Below, piece after piece: positions 47,327-59,135 of a stretch of 64,000 bases of DNA. The first letter of the stretch is position 1. Each line of letters begins with the position of its first letter. The translations under genes and the position numbers were made by a program. Under the pieces are notes generated by a model. The model was not told the DNA's origin. It did not search any database and saw only the letters and a program-made list of their open reading frames with translations. Source of the DNA: Callorhinchus milii (lineage: Eukaryota); assembly GCF_018977255.1 (NCBI RefSeq), contig NW_024704824.1, positions 62,001-126,000 on the forward strand, read 5' to 3'.

Positions 47327-50300
47327 CGAGACAGGGAGCGGCGCCAGGACAGCGCGGGGAGGAGCCTGGGCCGACCTCTCAGGTATTTAAGCTCAACACG
47401 GCAGGGAGTGCAGCTGGGGTGTGGGGGGGGGGGGGTGTGGGGCAGAGGAGGGAACCAGTGGGGGCGGAGCGGGGGATCCGCTGACGTCATAGAGGTAATT
47501 TTCAGAAGTGTACGCGCGCAACTCAACTAAAAAAAATAAATAAATAAACAAATAAAAAACAAAAAAACAAATATCCTCTGCGCCCCCCCCCCGCCCCAGC
47601 GCTCTCATCAGAGCCCACCACGGTCCTGTTAGGTTGGCTGCCCCAGCCGCAGCCTGTGGGAAAATGTTTCCATCCACCTGACCGCTCGCTCCCAGTCCCC
47701 GCGTGCGCAATATGGCTGCCGCTATGACCCGAGCCCCCTCACCCCCTCCCTCCCTCCTCCCTCCTCTGTACCCCCAAACCCTCCCCCCTCTGCATCTCTC
47801 CCGCTCTCTACTCCTCTCTCCGTCCCTCTCGCCTTCTGTCCCCACTTGACCCTCCCACAACCTCCCTCTGTTCCAGCCTAGGAATCCTGCCCCGGGCTCA
47901 CTGTGGCATTCGGCGTTGGCTGTCCAGCAGCAGCCACACCGTCTGCCCATTCCCAACCACACTCGCCAGCCACCCCGGACACAGACCCGGGGAGCCAACC
48001 TCTCCTCCCTTATCCCCATTTCCCCCACTCCTGCCTCACAACCTGGACCCCCTCCCCTCCCACACACTCTTCTGTCAACCGCTCCATCCACATCGTACAA
48101 CAAAACGTCCGCTCCCTCTGTAACAAGGCCCTGGTCATCAACGATCTCATCCTTGATGGCAACGTTGATATCATGGCCTTTACGGAAACCTGGCTCACTC
48201 CAGGCGACACCATCCCCCTCACGGAGGCCACACCACCCGGCTACACCTCCCACCACATCCCTCGCCCCAACCGCCGTGGCGGTGGTGTTGCCCTTATCTC
48301 AAGGACACCACTTGCCCTATCCCCCTACTCCTCTGGCTGTTTCCCCTCTTTTGAGCACCTCACCCTCTCCCACTCCTCCTTCCTCTCACTTAAAATCCTC
48401 CTCCTCTACCGGCCCCCTAAAACCTCTCCCACCTTTATCTCTGATATTTCCACCCTACTTACTTCTCTCTGCCTCTGCTCTGATCGCCTCACCATCCTGG
48501 GCGACTTTAACCTGCACTTCACCCCCTCCTGCTCAATCTCCTCAGATTTCTCTTCACTGCTCTCCTCGCTCCACATCAACTCCCCCACTCACAGTCACGG
48601 CCACCCACTCGACTTGGTGATCACCTGGGGCCTCAGTGTCTTGGACGTCACTATCACCGACAAGGCCGTCTCCGACCACCACTTCATCTCCTTCAACACC
48701 TCCACCCCCCTCCCCACCTCCAGCAGACCCACCACCATCTTCTACCGCCCCTGGAAGCAGTTATTCCCTCAATCCCTAACCGCTGCCTTGGAGTCCTCTG
48801 AACTCCTCTCCCTCTGGCCTTCAACCTTCACTGACCCCTCTTCTGCTCTCACCCTCCTCCACGATACCCTCTCCCCCTCACTTGACACTATTGCCCCCAT
48901 CACCTCCCGTACCGTCTCCTACTCTCGCTCCTGCCCCTGGTTCACCACCCACCTCCGCTCACTGAAGAGCTAGGTGCGGGCTGCTGAACGCACCTGGGTC
49001 AAATCTGGCCTAACGGTCCACCGACAAATCTGGCTGGACCTCCTCAAAATCTACCGCTACACTCTAGAGTCGGCCAAATCGTCTTCTACTCCAGGTCAAT
49101 CATGGAAGCGAAGAACAACCCCAGGCTACGCTTCTCTACCACATCCCAACTCCTCCGTCCCCCACGCCACACCGCGCAGGTCATCTCCTCCAACCTTCAC
49201 TGCGAGGAGATGTTGGATTTCCTTGCATCCGAAATCAAGGGAATTCGCTCCGCGGTCACTTCCACCCAACATCCACCAACCCCCACCCCTTCCCTCCCAC
49301 ACTCCGACTCCTACCCATCCTCCACTACACACTTTCGTACCAGTTTACCCATCCTCTGTCACCAAACTAATCCTATCCTATCTATCCCATCCTATCCCTG
49401 AAACCCACCACCTGCTCCCTTGACCCCAACCCCATCCCAGCTCCACCTTCTTGCCCCACATATCACACATCGTCCCTCTCCTCTGGCTCTATTCCCATTC
49501 CCTTAAAAACTGCCACCATCACTCCCACCTTGAAAAAACCCTCCTTTGATGCGTCGCAGCTATCAAGCTACTGGCCCATCTCCAACCTCCCCTTCCTGTC
49601 CAAGGTCCTGGAACGAGTCGTCGCCTCCCGGCTGCGCTCTTTCCTCTCCACCATTCATTATTCGAACCCCTTCAGTCGGGTTTCCGTGCTGCCCATAGCA
49701 CAGAAACTGTCACCAATGACATAAAGGTCACCAATGACATCCTGACCATCTGTGACCAGGGCTCCCTCTGCCTCCTTGTCCTCCTCGACCTATCGGCAGC
49801 ATTCGATACGGTCGACCATGCTATCCTCCTCCACCGCTTGTTCTCCCACCTCAACGTTCAAGGCGCTGTCCTTGAGTGGTTTAGGATATACCTCACCCAC
49901 CGTCTTCACTTTGTTTCCACGAATGGTTTTTCCTCCAGCCCCCGCACTCGTGGGTGTTCCTCAATGTTCTGTCCTCGGTCCCCTCCTCTTCACCCTCTAC
50001 ATGCTCCCCCTGTGGTGACATCATCCGCAGACATGGAGTTAACTTCCACTTGTATGTGGATGGCTCCCAACTATACCTTTCCTCCTCTAACCTCAACTCC
50101 ACGACCACCGATGTCCTGACAGCTGCCTGTCCGACATCGAGTCCTGGACGAGAGACAACTTTCTTCAGCTCAACTTGTGCAAAACTGAGGCCCTTCTGAT
50201 TGGCTCATGTCAGCGCCTCCGCATCTCAGGCGCTGACAGCATCAGCATCCAAGGCCGCACTCTCCACCTCTCAAAGCCAGTCAGGAACCTCGGCGTTCTG

Positions 50301-51046
50301 CTCGACTCTGAGCTGTCGTTTCTCACTCATATCCGCACCACAACTGGCACCGCCTTCCATCACCTCCGGAATGTCGCCAGACTATGGCACTGCCTCACCC
50401 CTCACGCTGCTGAAACTCTGGTCCACGCCTTTATCACTCAAGGCTGGACTATGGGAACTCTCTCCTCGCCGGCCTTCCCGCCACCTCCCTCCACAAGCTG
50501 CAGGTCATTCAGAACTCTGCAGCTTGTGTACTGTCCTGCACCAGACACCGCGACCACATCACTCCCACCCTCGCTCGCCTCCACTGGCTCCCCATCCCGC
50601 AGAGGATCGAATTCAAGATCCTCATCCTCACCTACAAGGCCATTCACGGCCTTTCTCCCTCCTACCTCTCTGATCTACTATCCCCCTACCTACCTGCCCG
50701 TACCCTCCGTTCCTCTGGCTCCGGTATGCTCCACATCCCCCGCCCGAACTGCCCTACCATCGGTGGCCGGGCCTTCAGCCTCTCAGCCCCGAGGCTCTGG
50801 AACTCTATCCCCCAGTGCCTTCGCCGCTTCCACCCTTTCCTCCTTCAAGGCCGGTCTCAAGACCTTTCTCTTTGACGGTGCCTTCAGCTCTCCTCTCGAC
50901 TCTCTACCCCCTCCTCGCTCCCTCCCTTTCCTCCCCTCACCCTGACCATTTCCCCCTTGCTCGGGTCCTGATCCAACTATACAGCGCCTTGGGACGTCCT
51001 CCCGACGTGAAAGGCGCTCTACAAATGGAATCTTGTTGTTGTTGTT
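47327..51046 (+). mobile_element. Near full-length L2 LINE with APE endonuclease and RT (inactivated)
   Basis: ORF 47903-48973 QQNVRSLCNK...IMAFTETWL...GGGVAL...ILGDFN...SDH (APE); downstream RT frames SNLPFLSKVLE, LGPLLFTLYM, YVDGSQLY; stop at 48971 and frameshifts; hairpin plus (TTG)n tail. Confidence 0.93.
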
Positions 51047-52090
51047 ATTGTGGTGCTATCCTCCTCACCATTAACTATTTTTCCTAGCTTAGTATCGCCT
51101 GCAAATTTGGAAATTGTGCTCCTTATATCCAGGTGTCACGATCACTCAGATAAATCAGAAGAGCAGGTGTCCCAGTACCGACAGAGAGACTGAGAGAGAG
51201 ACACAGAGAGGGTGGGTTGAAAGGGCAGTGTCTGACTCCTGTTAGACAGAGAGTGTCAGACCTGGGCTGTGGGATTTCCCTGTTTCTCCGGCTCCAAAGA
51301 TCAATCTCAAAGGTTATTGCTGACAGTGGAGATGTGAGCAGACAGCTGGTCAGGTCATTCCAGAGTTACACATTTATTCAGTTTCGGAATCTGAGAGAGA
51401 GAGACAGAGAGAGACTGAGAGAGAGGGACTGACTGAGTGAGAGACTGAGTGAGACAGAGCGAGAGACTGAGTGAGAGACAGACTGAGAGAGAGAGAATGT
51501 AAGAGATAGACTCAGAGTGAGAGAGACTGAGAGAGAGAGTGACTGAGAGAGACTGAAATTTTTCCAGTTTCTATGACCTGAAATTTTTTCTTCAATTGTG
51601 GAAAATTTTGAATACCGAGATGGAGAGTTGAGACAGAGAGAGAGAGAGAGAGAGAGTCAGCAGGTCATCGAGTTATGGGGGTGGTGGCGTGCGGGATGAG
51701 TGACTGAAAGAGAGATGGCGGAGACAGATGGAAGGAAAGAATTAGTGAGTGAGTGAGTGACGGACTGAGTGAGTGAATGAGTGAGTGAGGAAGAGAGTGA
51801 AGAGGGAGGTAGTGAGCAAGTGAGAAAATGGCTGAGTGAGTGAAGAAGTGAGGGGAGTGTGTGAGCAAGTGAGTGAGCGACCGAGTGAGTGAGCAAGGGA
51901 CGGAGGGAGGCAGTGAGTGAATGAGTGAGTGCGGGGGCGAGTCAGGGATCGAGGGTGTGAGCACGCGAGACAGTGGGTGAGGGTGTGAGTGTGCGCGCGA
52001 AGGAAGTGAGTGAGGGCTGGAGGGAGCGAGACTCAAGGTGGTTGTTGCTGTAGTTGTTGTTGTCGTTGTTGTCGTCGTCTCTCCCCGCAG

Positions 52091-52311
52091 TGTTTCAAGG
52101 AAGGTTTACGAGGCAGCTATGCTGCTGAGCGCGGTTGGAGATGCGTTGGGCTATCGGAACGCACGGTGGGAATTCTGCGAGAGCGGGGAGCAGATTCATT
52201 CCGAGCTGGAGGGGCTGGGGTGCCTGGGCAACATTCACGTCTGTCTGCCACACTGGCCTGTCAGTGACGACACTGTACTACACCTCGCCAGCGCTCAGGC
52301 TCTCAACACTG
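52091..52311 (+). pseudogene. ADPRH: ADPRH exon (first recognisable coding exon)
   Basis: [36 protein letters not shown]...[17 protein letters not shown]; AG/GT boundaries. Confidence 0.92.
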
Positions 52312-53059
52312 GTACACGATCACAGTGGGGGTGGGGGGGTGGGGGGGTGGAGAGAGAGAGAGTGTGTGTGTGGGAGAGTGAGACAGAGAGAGGGTGAGTG
52401 TTGTGTGAGATACAGTGTGTATGAGTGTGTGTGTCAGAGTGAGACAGTCTGTGTGAATGTGTGTGATAGTGTGTGTGTCAGTGAGACAGAGTGTGTGTGT
52501 TTGAGACAGAGGGTGAGAGAGACAGTGTGTGTGAGATACAGTGTGTGTGAGTGAGAGAGTTTGTGTGGGAGTGTGTGTGTGTGAGAGGTTGTGTGAGATA
52601 TAGTGTGCGTGAGAGTGAGATAGAGAGCATGTGTGTGAGTGTGGGTGAGATACAGTGTGTGTGAGTTTGTCAGAGTGAGTGTGCGACAGAGACACAGAGT
52701 GTGTGTGTGTGAGAGAGAGAGTCAGAGAGTGTGTGTGTGTGTGAGAGTGTGTGTGAGATTCAGTGTGTGTGTGAACTAGAATGTCTGCCAGAGACTGTGT
52801 GAGAGCGTTTGTGAGATATAGCATTTGTGAGAGCGAGTGTGAGGGAGTGTTTGAGAGAGAGTGAGAGCCACAGTGGAGGGTGCTATAAAAACGCAAGTTC
52901 TAGTTTTTTTGTTGATCACTGTAAAAGAGTGTTGTTTGGAGAAGATTAGCGGCTGATGTGGTTGGGAGTTATTGGGGGAAGGGGGGGTGTGTGCGGGGAG
53001 TTTGGGGGTGAAGTGCTGGGAGACACGGAGATTAATGATAAATTATGATTCTCATCCAG

Positions 53060-53158
53060 GGAAAGATGGAGATGCACTGCTGCATGAGTTTGCTGCTCAA
53101 TATGTTGAAGCCATGAAGGACATGAAGGGCAGGAAGCCAGGTCCCACCAGCATCCTTG
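53060..53158 (+). pseudogene. ADPRH: ADPRH exon
   Basis: GKDGDALLHEFAAQYVEAMKDMKGRKPGPTSIL; phases match neighbouring exons. Confidence 0.88.
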
Positions 53159-53339
53159 GTAAATAAAGCCTGGACACATATATCCTCTCGGGGTGGCGGA
53201 GGGGGAGTGGCGGGGCCTCCGTGGAGCTTAGTTGGCTCCAAAGTGTCCCAGCCCTGAGGACAACCGCAGCCCCATGTTGTGAAAGTCTCCTCTCACTCTG
53301 ATGGCTTTGGTTTAGGTTCTGTGTCTGTTGAGACAGGTT

Positions 53340-53590
53340 TCGGTTGCATTGGTTGGCTTATGCTGGGATGGGTTAGGTTGGTGTTTGGGGTAGGTTGGGT
53401 TGGAAGTTGGCTAGGTTGGCCTCGGTTAGGCTGGGGTTGGGTGGTTTATGCTGAGTTGGGTTTGGGCTGGGGTTGGGTGGCCTCTGCTAAGTTGGGTTGG
53501 GGTTGGGTTGGGTGGACTGGGGTTGGGTTGGGGTTGAGTGGGTTGGGTTGGGTTTGAGTGGCTATGCTTGGTTGGATTGGGCTGGGGTTG
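53340..53590. repeat. (GGGTT)n-like G-rich repeat in ADPRH intron
   Basis: Imperfect GGGTT/GGGCT arrays. Confidence 0.85.
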
Positions 53591-53867
53591 AGTGGCCGAT
53601 GCTGGCCTTAAAGGTCAAATCTATTAAAGATCTCCTGCGGTGCTGTCGGGAGGGAAAAGAGAGTGTCTTGCTCTCTCTCTATCTCCCAGTATCCTGGCAG
53701 ATAAAACTACTCACTCGCTTCATGACTGTTTGCTGGAGCTTCACTGTGCGCAGTCATCTGCTGAATTAAACAGACAGTCACTTCACTCACGGTGAATGCT
53801 GGGAAACATGGGTGAAAAGGTCAGGTATAACGGTTAATCTTGTTGATCCTGGCTTTCTGTCAATCAG

Positions 53868-53973
53868 GAACTTCACAGCTGAGACCCGGATAGCCGTTGG
53901 GTTTCCAGATTCCCTTTAACCCGAAAGGAGTTGGATGTGGTGCAGCAATGAGATCAATGTGTATCGGTCTGAG
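53868..53973 (+). pseudogene. ADPRH: ADPRH exon with in-frame TAG (53891-53893)
   Basis: [35 protein letters not shown]. Confidence 0.9.
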
Positions 53974-54111
53974 GTCAGAGAGGCGTGAGAGAGACTGCGA
54001 GAGAGAGAGAGAGAGAGAGAGAGAGCTGGGAAAGATAGAGACCGAGAGAGAGAGAGACTATATGCGTACAGAGAGAGTGAGTGACTGACTCACTCTCTGT
54101 GTGTGTGTCAG

Positions 54112-54191
54112 GTATCCACGCCCGGAGCAACTCCCACACCTGGTGAGGGTCAGTATAGATTCCGGCCGAATAACACACAACCACCCAACAG
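54112..54191 (+). pseudogene. ADPRH: ADPRH exon
   Basis: RYPRPEQLPHLVRVSIDSGRITHNHPTG. Confidence 0.88.
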
Positions 54192-54229
54192 GTCAGTGCA
54201 TCCCCACCCAACGACCCCTACACACCTAT

Positions 54230-54690
54230 CCCCCAACTAAACCTCCCCAGTATTCCCCCCAATTACCCCTCCCAACTATCCCCAACCACCCACCCCAACT
54301 ACCCCCAACACCCACCCCAACTACCCACCCAAATAGCCCCCAAATACCCCACCCAACTACCCCTACACAACTACACCCCAACTAAACCCCCTCACTACTA
54401 CCCCAAATTACCCCTCCCAACCACCCACACCAACTACCACCAACCACCAACCCCAACTACCCCCCAACCACCCACCCCAACTACCCACCCCAACTACACC
54501 CCAATCACCCACCCAAATTGCCCCCCAAATAGCCCACCCAACTAACCGCCATCTACTCCCACTCAACTACCCCCCCAAATACCCCCACCCAACTACACCC
54601 CTAACTATCCCTCGAACAACCCCAAAACTCATCCCCCAACTGCACTCCAACTATCATCTCCAACTAACTCCCTAACTACCCCCACCCAAT
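54230..54690. repeat. CCCCAACTAC-type low-complexity tandem repeat in ADPRH intron
   Basis: Many imperfect CCCCAACTAC units. Confidence 0.85.
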
Positions 54691-54720
54691 TCTTATTATT
54701 ATGTAACTTGTTGTTGTCAG

Positions 54721-54904
54721 GTTACCTGGGGGCTTTGGCCTCTGCTCTCTTCACTTCCTACGCTGTACAGGGGCGTCCGTTGTCAGAGTGGGGTTTTAGC
54801 TTGCTCCAAACGCTCCCACTCGCTCTGGACTACGTCACCAGCTCCGGGAGAGATGTCCCGGAAAACCTTGCCGCCTGGAATTACTTCCCAGAAAAGTGGG
54901 AATG
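54721..54904 (+). pseudogene. ADPRH: ADPRH exon
   Basis: GYLGALASALFTSYAVQGRPLSEWG...ENLAAWNYFPEKWEW. Confidence 0.9.
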
Positions 54905-55099
54905 GTAAAGATAGATATAATCTGCATGTTTTGGAAGCTAACGTAGCAGCCCACCTCCCCACCCCCATCTCGTCCTGCTCACAGTGATGTCCCCGCAAAC
55001 TGCCGTGAAGCGAGCGCGCAGTTTTATCTGTCGCCCAGGACGCTGTGAGAGAGAGAGGAACAACCTTCTCTCCCCATCCCTCCAGGATGTTTGACCCAC

Positions 55100-55470
55100 G
55101 TGGAAACCCATCACCCTGATCAGTCGGGTGTCTGACATGCATGGAAACCCATCACCGTGACCAGCCGGGTGTCTGACACGCACGGAAACCCGTCACCGAG
55201 ACCAGCCGCGTGTCTGACACACACACACATCGAAACCCGTCACCGTGACCGGCCGGGTGTCTGATACACACACACGGAAACCCGTCACCTTGACCAGCCG
55301 GGTGTCTGTCACACACACGGAAATCCGTCACCGTGACCAGCCGTGTATCTGACACGCACGGAAACCCGTCACCGAGACCAGCGGGGTGTCTGTCACACAC
55401 GGAAACCTGTCACCGTGACCAGCCGGGTGTCTGACACGCACACACGGAAACCCGTCACCGTGACTGACAC
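55100..55470. repeat. About 40-bp minisatellite in ADPRH intron
   Basis: Unit GGAAACCCGTCACCGTGACCAGCCGGGTGTCTGACAC plus variable (AC)n, about 8-9 copies. Confidence 0.9.
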
Positions 55471-55539
55471 ACGGGAGAGTCGTGTGTTGATGGGTGTTGT
55501 GGAAGTGAGGTGCAGTGACTGAGTGACTATTTCTCGCAG

Positions 55540-55754
55540 GTATTTGAAGCAGCGGGGGCTGGAGGCGGGATCTGGGGGGCCGCGGTTCCCCCCGGTGTTC
55601 GGCCCCCCCGAGCGGGACGTGGAGTACAGGACGTTCTCGCTGGACGGGTGGGCGGGACGAAGTGGCCACGATGCTCCCATGATAGCGTACGACGCACTGC
55701 TGGGGGCGGGCGCATCCTGGGAGTAGCTGTGCTCGCGAGCGGCCTTCCACGGAG
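55540..55754 (+). pseudogene. ADPRH: ADPRH exon with in-frame TAG (55724-55726)
   Basis: YLKQRGL...[39 protein letters not shown]. Confidence 0.9.
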
Positions 55755-55859
55755 GTCAGTGCTCACGTGGGCTCACACTCGGTCACCACTCACACTGCTC
55801 ACCCCTGCCCACTCACACTCACACCCACTCACACTGCTCATACCCCACTCACACTGCTT

Positions 55860-56184
55860 GTGGAGTCCTGTAGCTCAGTGGTTAGAGCACTCGCTTTGCA
55901 AGCGAGAGACCTAAGTTCAATTCCCGGCAGAGGGCGAAACCTTGGGCAAGTTTCCTTACTCCACACAGAGCCTAATAATAATCCTCCAAAACCAAAAACA
56001 ATAATAAATTGGTCATTTTCAATCTACGACTGTTTGTGGGACATTGCTGTGTGCAATTGGCTGCCGCGTTTCGCCCACAAATATACAGTCAATTTACTTT
56101 ACAGTATATTCTGTGAAGCACTTTGGGACGTCCTCCCGACGTGAAAAGCGCTATATCAAATGCAAGGATTATTATTATTATTAT
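55860..56184 (+). mobile_element. Full-length tRNA-Ala-derived SINE
   Basis: GTAGCTCAGTGGTTAGAGCACTCGCTTTGCAAGCGAGAGACCTAAGTTCAATTCCC head (TGC anticodon loop), L2-like hairpin, (TTA)n. Confidence 0.88.
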
Positions 56185-56430
56185 ACCCACTCACCGGTCA
56201 CACTCACCGCTCACACCTGCTCACAGTCACGCTGCACGCGTTCACACTGCTCAAACCCGCGTTGTCTGTTTGTCTCTCTCGCTCACTCTCTGTCTCTCTC
56301 TGTTTCTCTCTCAGTCTCTTTCTCTCTCTGCCCAGTCTCTCCGTGTCTCTCCATCTTGGTATGTCTCTCACCGTCTCTCTCTCTCTCTCCTCGTCTCTCT
56401 CTCTCTCAGATTCCGTGTTTCTCTTTCCAG

Positions 56431-56582
56431 GTGACAGTGACTCCACAGCTGTTATCGCCGGTTGCTGTTGGGGGGCGATGTATGGACTGTCCTCGGTTCC
56501 CGAAATAAACCACAAGTCACTGGAATACTGGGATCGCTTGGTGCAGGCAGCAAGACAGCTCCACCAGTCCGCCTGGGAATAG
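56431..56582 (+). pseudogene. ADPRH: ADPRH last coding exon
   Basis: GDSDSTAVIAGCCWGAMYGLSSVPEINHKSLEYWDRLVQAARQLHQSAWE*; DSDS metal-binding motif. Confidence 0.9.
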
Positions 56583-56864
56583 TACCCTCACACGACGCCG
56601 ACCATTCTCTCCCCTCTGCTTTTGTAATAGATACAGTGAAATCAATATTACCCGATCTTTCTGGGAAACCCACAGCCATTCTTTTCACGCTGCTGCCCAA
56701 GTTTCCATTTTTTTCCCCCGATCTATAACGCTCCATGCAGCTTATTGCTAAGTGGCCTCTGTCACAACATTTCCCCTTTCGCGGTACCTGATGGAGCCGT
56801 ATTTGTTCAGTTAATTGACCAACACTGATAGTAGGCATGTATCGTCTCCTAATTGGTGTTCAGA

Positions 56865-58480
56865 GGATTACACAGCACAGAAGGAGGCCATTCGGCCCAT
56901 CATGTCTGTGCCGGTTCTTTGAAAAGAGCTATGAAATTGAATTCCACTCCCCCGCGCTCTCCCCATAGCCCTGCAAACAGTCCTGATAATTGAAGTCCCT
57001 CATTTGTGGTATCATCCTGGTAAATTTTGTTCGCACCCTCTCCAATGCCTTTACATCCCTCCTGAAGTGCGGCGCCTAGAACTGAACACAGTCTCTAGCT
57101 GAGGCCTAATCAGTGTTTTATAAAGGTTCATGATCAACAACAACAACAACAAGATTACACTTATAGAGCGCCTTTCACGTTGGGAGGACGTCCCAAGGCA
57201 CTGGACAGTTGGGTCGGGACTCGAGCAGGGGGGAAATGGTCAGGGGGAGGGAAGGGAGGGAGCGAGGAGGGGGTAGAGATTCGAGAGGGGAGCTGAAGGT
57301 ATGGTCGAAGAGAAAGGTCTTGAGACCGGCCTTGAAGGAGGAAAGGGAGGAAGCGGCGATGGAACTGGGGGATAGAGTTCCAGAGCCTCGGGACTGAGAG
57401 GCTGAAGGCCCGACCACCGATGGTAGGGCGGTTGGGGCGGGGGACGCGGAGCAGCCCGGAGCCAGAGGAACGGAGGATACGGGCAGGTAGGTAGGGGGAT
57501 AGTAGGTCGGAGCGGTAGGAGGGAGCGAGGCCGTGAATGGCCTTGTAGGTGAGGATGAGGATCTTGAAATCAATCCTCTGGGGGATGGGGAGCCAGTGGA
57601 GTCGAGCGAGGGTGGGAGTGATGTGGTCCCGAAGCCTGGTGCGGGACAGTACACGAGCTGCAGAGTTCTGAATGACCTGCAGCTTGTGGAGGGAGGTGGC
57701 GGGAAGGCCGGCGAGGAGAGAGTTCCCATAGTGCAGCCTTGAGGTGATAAAGGAGTGGACCAGAGTTTCAGCAGCGTGAGGGGTGAGGTAGTGCCGTAGT
57801 CTGGCGATGTTCCGGAGGTGATGGAAGGCGGTGCCAGTTGTGATCACTTCCTGACTTTCACATTCTGTGCCCCTATATATAAAACCTAGCACCCCGTACA
57901 TTTTGTTTAATAACTTTATCTACGTGTCCTGCCACCTTCAAAGATTTATTGATATGAGCCTCTTAGATCTCTCTGTTCCTTCACCCCTTAAAGGTTCTAC
58001 CATCAGCTTATTTGCTTACGTGGACCCCCAGGTCTCTCTATTCAATTTGCCCCCTTTAAGATTGCACCAACGGTTTATATTGCCTCTTCTCATTCGTCCT
58101 CCCAAAATATATCACTTTGCATTTATTCACATTAAACTTTAGCTGCCACGATTCTGTCCATGTCCATTGAGAGTCTGCTACGACCTTCACTGTTTACTAC
58201 TTTTCCTAGCTTCGTATCATCTAAAAACTTGGAAATTGTACTCCCTGCAGCCAGGTCCAGGTCGTCGATATAGACCAAAAACAGCAATGGTCCAAATACT
58301 GACCGCCTGGGGGACTTCACTGTACATTTCCCCCCAGTCACAAAAATAACCGTTCACCAACGCTCTTTGCTTTTTGTCTACCAGCTCATTCTGTTTCCAT
58401 AATTCCCTTTAATAAAGTGGGCTTCTATTTTACGTACAAGTCTCTTATGAGGTACTTTATCAAACACGTTTTGAAAACAT
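56865..58480 (-). mobile_element. CR1 3' fragment interrupted by an L2 3' fragment (57137-57840)
   Basis: L2 LARLHWLPIPQRIDFKILIL flanked by TGATCA at 57131-57136 and 57841-57846; CR1 FGPLLFLVYIDDLD...ISKFLDDTKLG. Confidence 0.85.
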
Positions 58481-58496
58481 GTCTATTCGGGACATG

Positions 58497-59135
58497 GAGT
58501 CCTGGAGCTCAGTGTTTAGAGCAGTCGCCTCGCAAGCGAGAGACTTGGGTTTGATTCCCAGTCAGGGCGAAACCTTGGGCAAGTTTCCTTACTCCACACG
58601 CCTCATAATAATCCTTCAAGAAAATTAAATAAGTAGTAATTTACTCAATCCACGACTGTTTGTGCGACACTGCTGTGCGCAAATGGCTCCCGCGTTTCGC
58701 CCACAAATATACAGTGAATTCACTTGACCTTATATTCTGTGAAGCGCTTTGAGACGTCTACAAGTATTATTACTATTACTATTATCGGTAGGATAGAACA
58801 TTGGGCAAGTGTTTGTTCTTACTCCACACGCCTAGGTTTACTTACCGAGCAGTAAGTTGGAGGCCGGTTTGTTAGTAGATCGGCTTTTCTGGGAGTAATA
58901 TTGCCTTCAAAAAAGCCTTGAAACCCTGGACGAGTTTTCTTACTCCACACGCCTAATAACAAAAAAAATTGGTCGTTTCAATCCACGACTGTTTGTGGTG
59001 GCAATTGGCCGCCGCGTTTCGCTCACAAACGTGCAGTCAGTTCACTTTACAGTATATTCTGTGAAGCGCTTTGAGACGTCGAGAAGACGTGAAAAGCGCT
59101 ATATCAAAGGCAAGGATTATTATTACTATTATTGT
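58497..59135 (+). mobile_element. Tandem SINE copies
   Basis: Two SINE bodies and a longer-variant internal fragment. Confidence 0.7.

Noticed and set aside
47393-48256. 287-aa minus-strand ORF
   Set aside because: Antisense shadow of the GC-rich L2 5' region and endonuclease.
51400-52900. Ser/His/Leu/Thr-rich ORFs (51665, 52303, 61823, 62680)
   Set aside because: Translations of GA, GT and GTGA microsatellites.
55100-55470. CRISPR-like repeat-spacer array
   Set aside because: Inter-repeat sequence is only variable (AC)n, the context is a eukaryotic intron, and there are no cas genes.
53891-55726. Programmed readthrough of the two ADPRH TAG codons
   Set aside because: No recognisable readthrough context, the gene also terminates in TAG, and two nonsense substitutions are a simpler explanation.
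55860-55930. tRNA-Ala(TGC) gene (also at 10700, 40945, 58500 and others)
   Set aside because: Acceptor stem is not intact and every copy continues into the same SINE body and tail; these are SINE heads.
52091-56582. ADPRHL1 (ARH2) assignment
   Set aside because: SDDT and DSDS motifs match catalytically competent ARH1/ADPRH.
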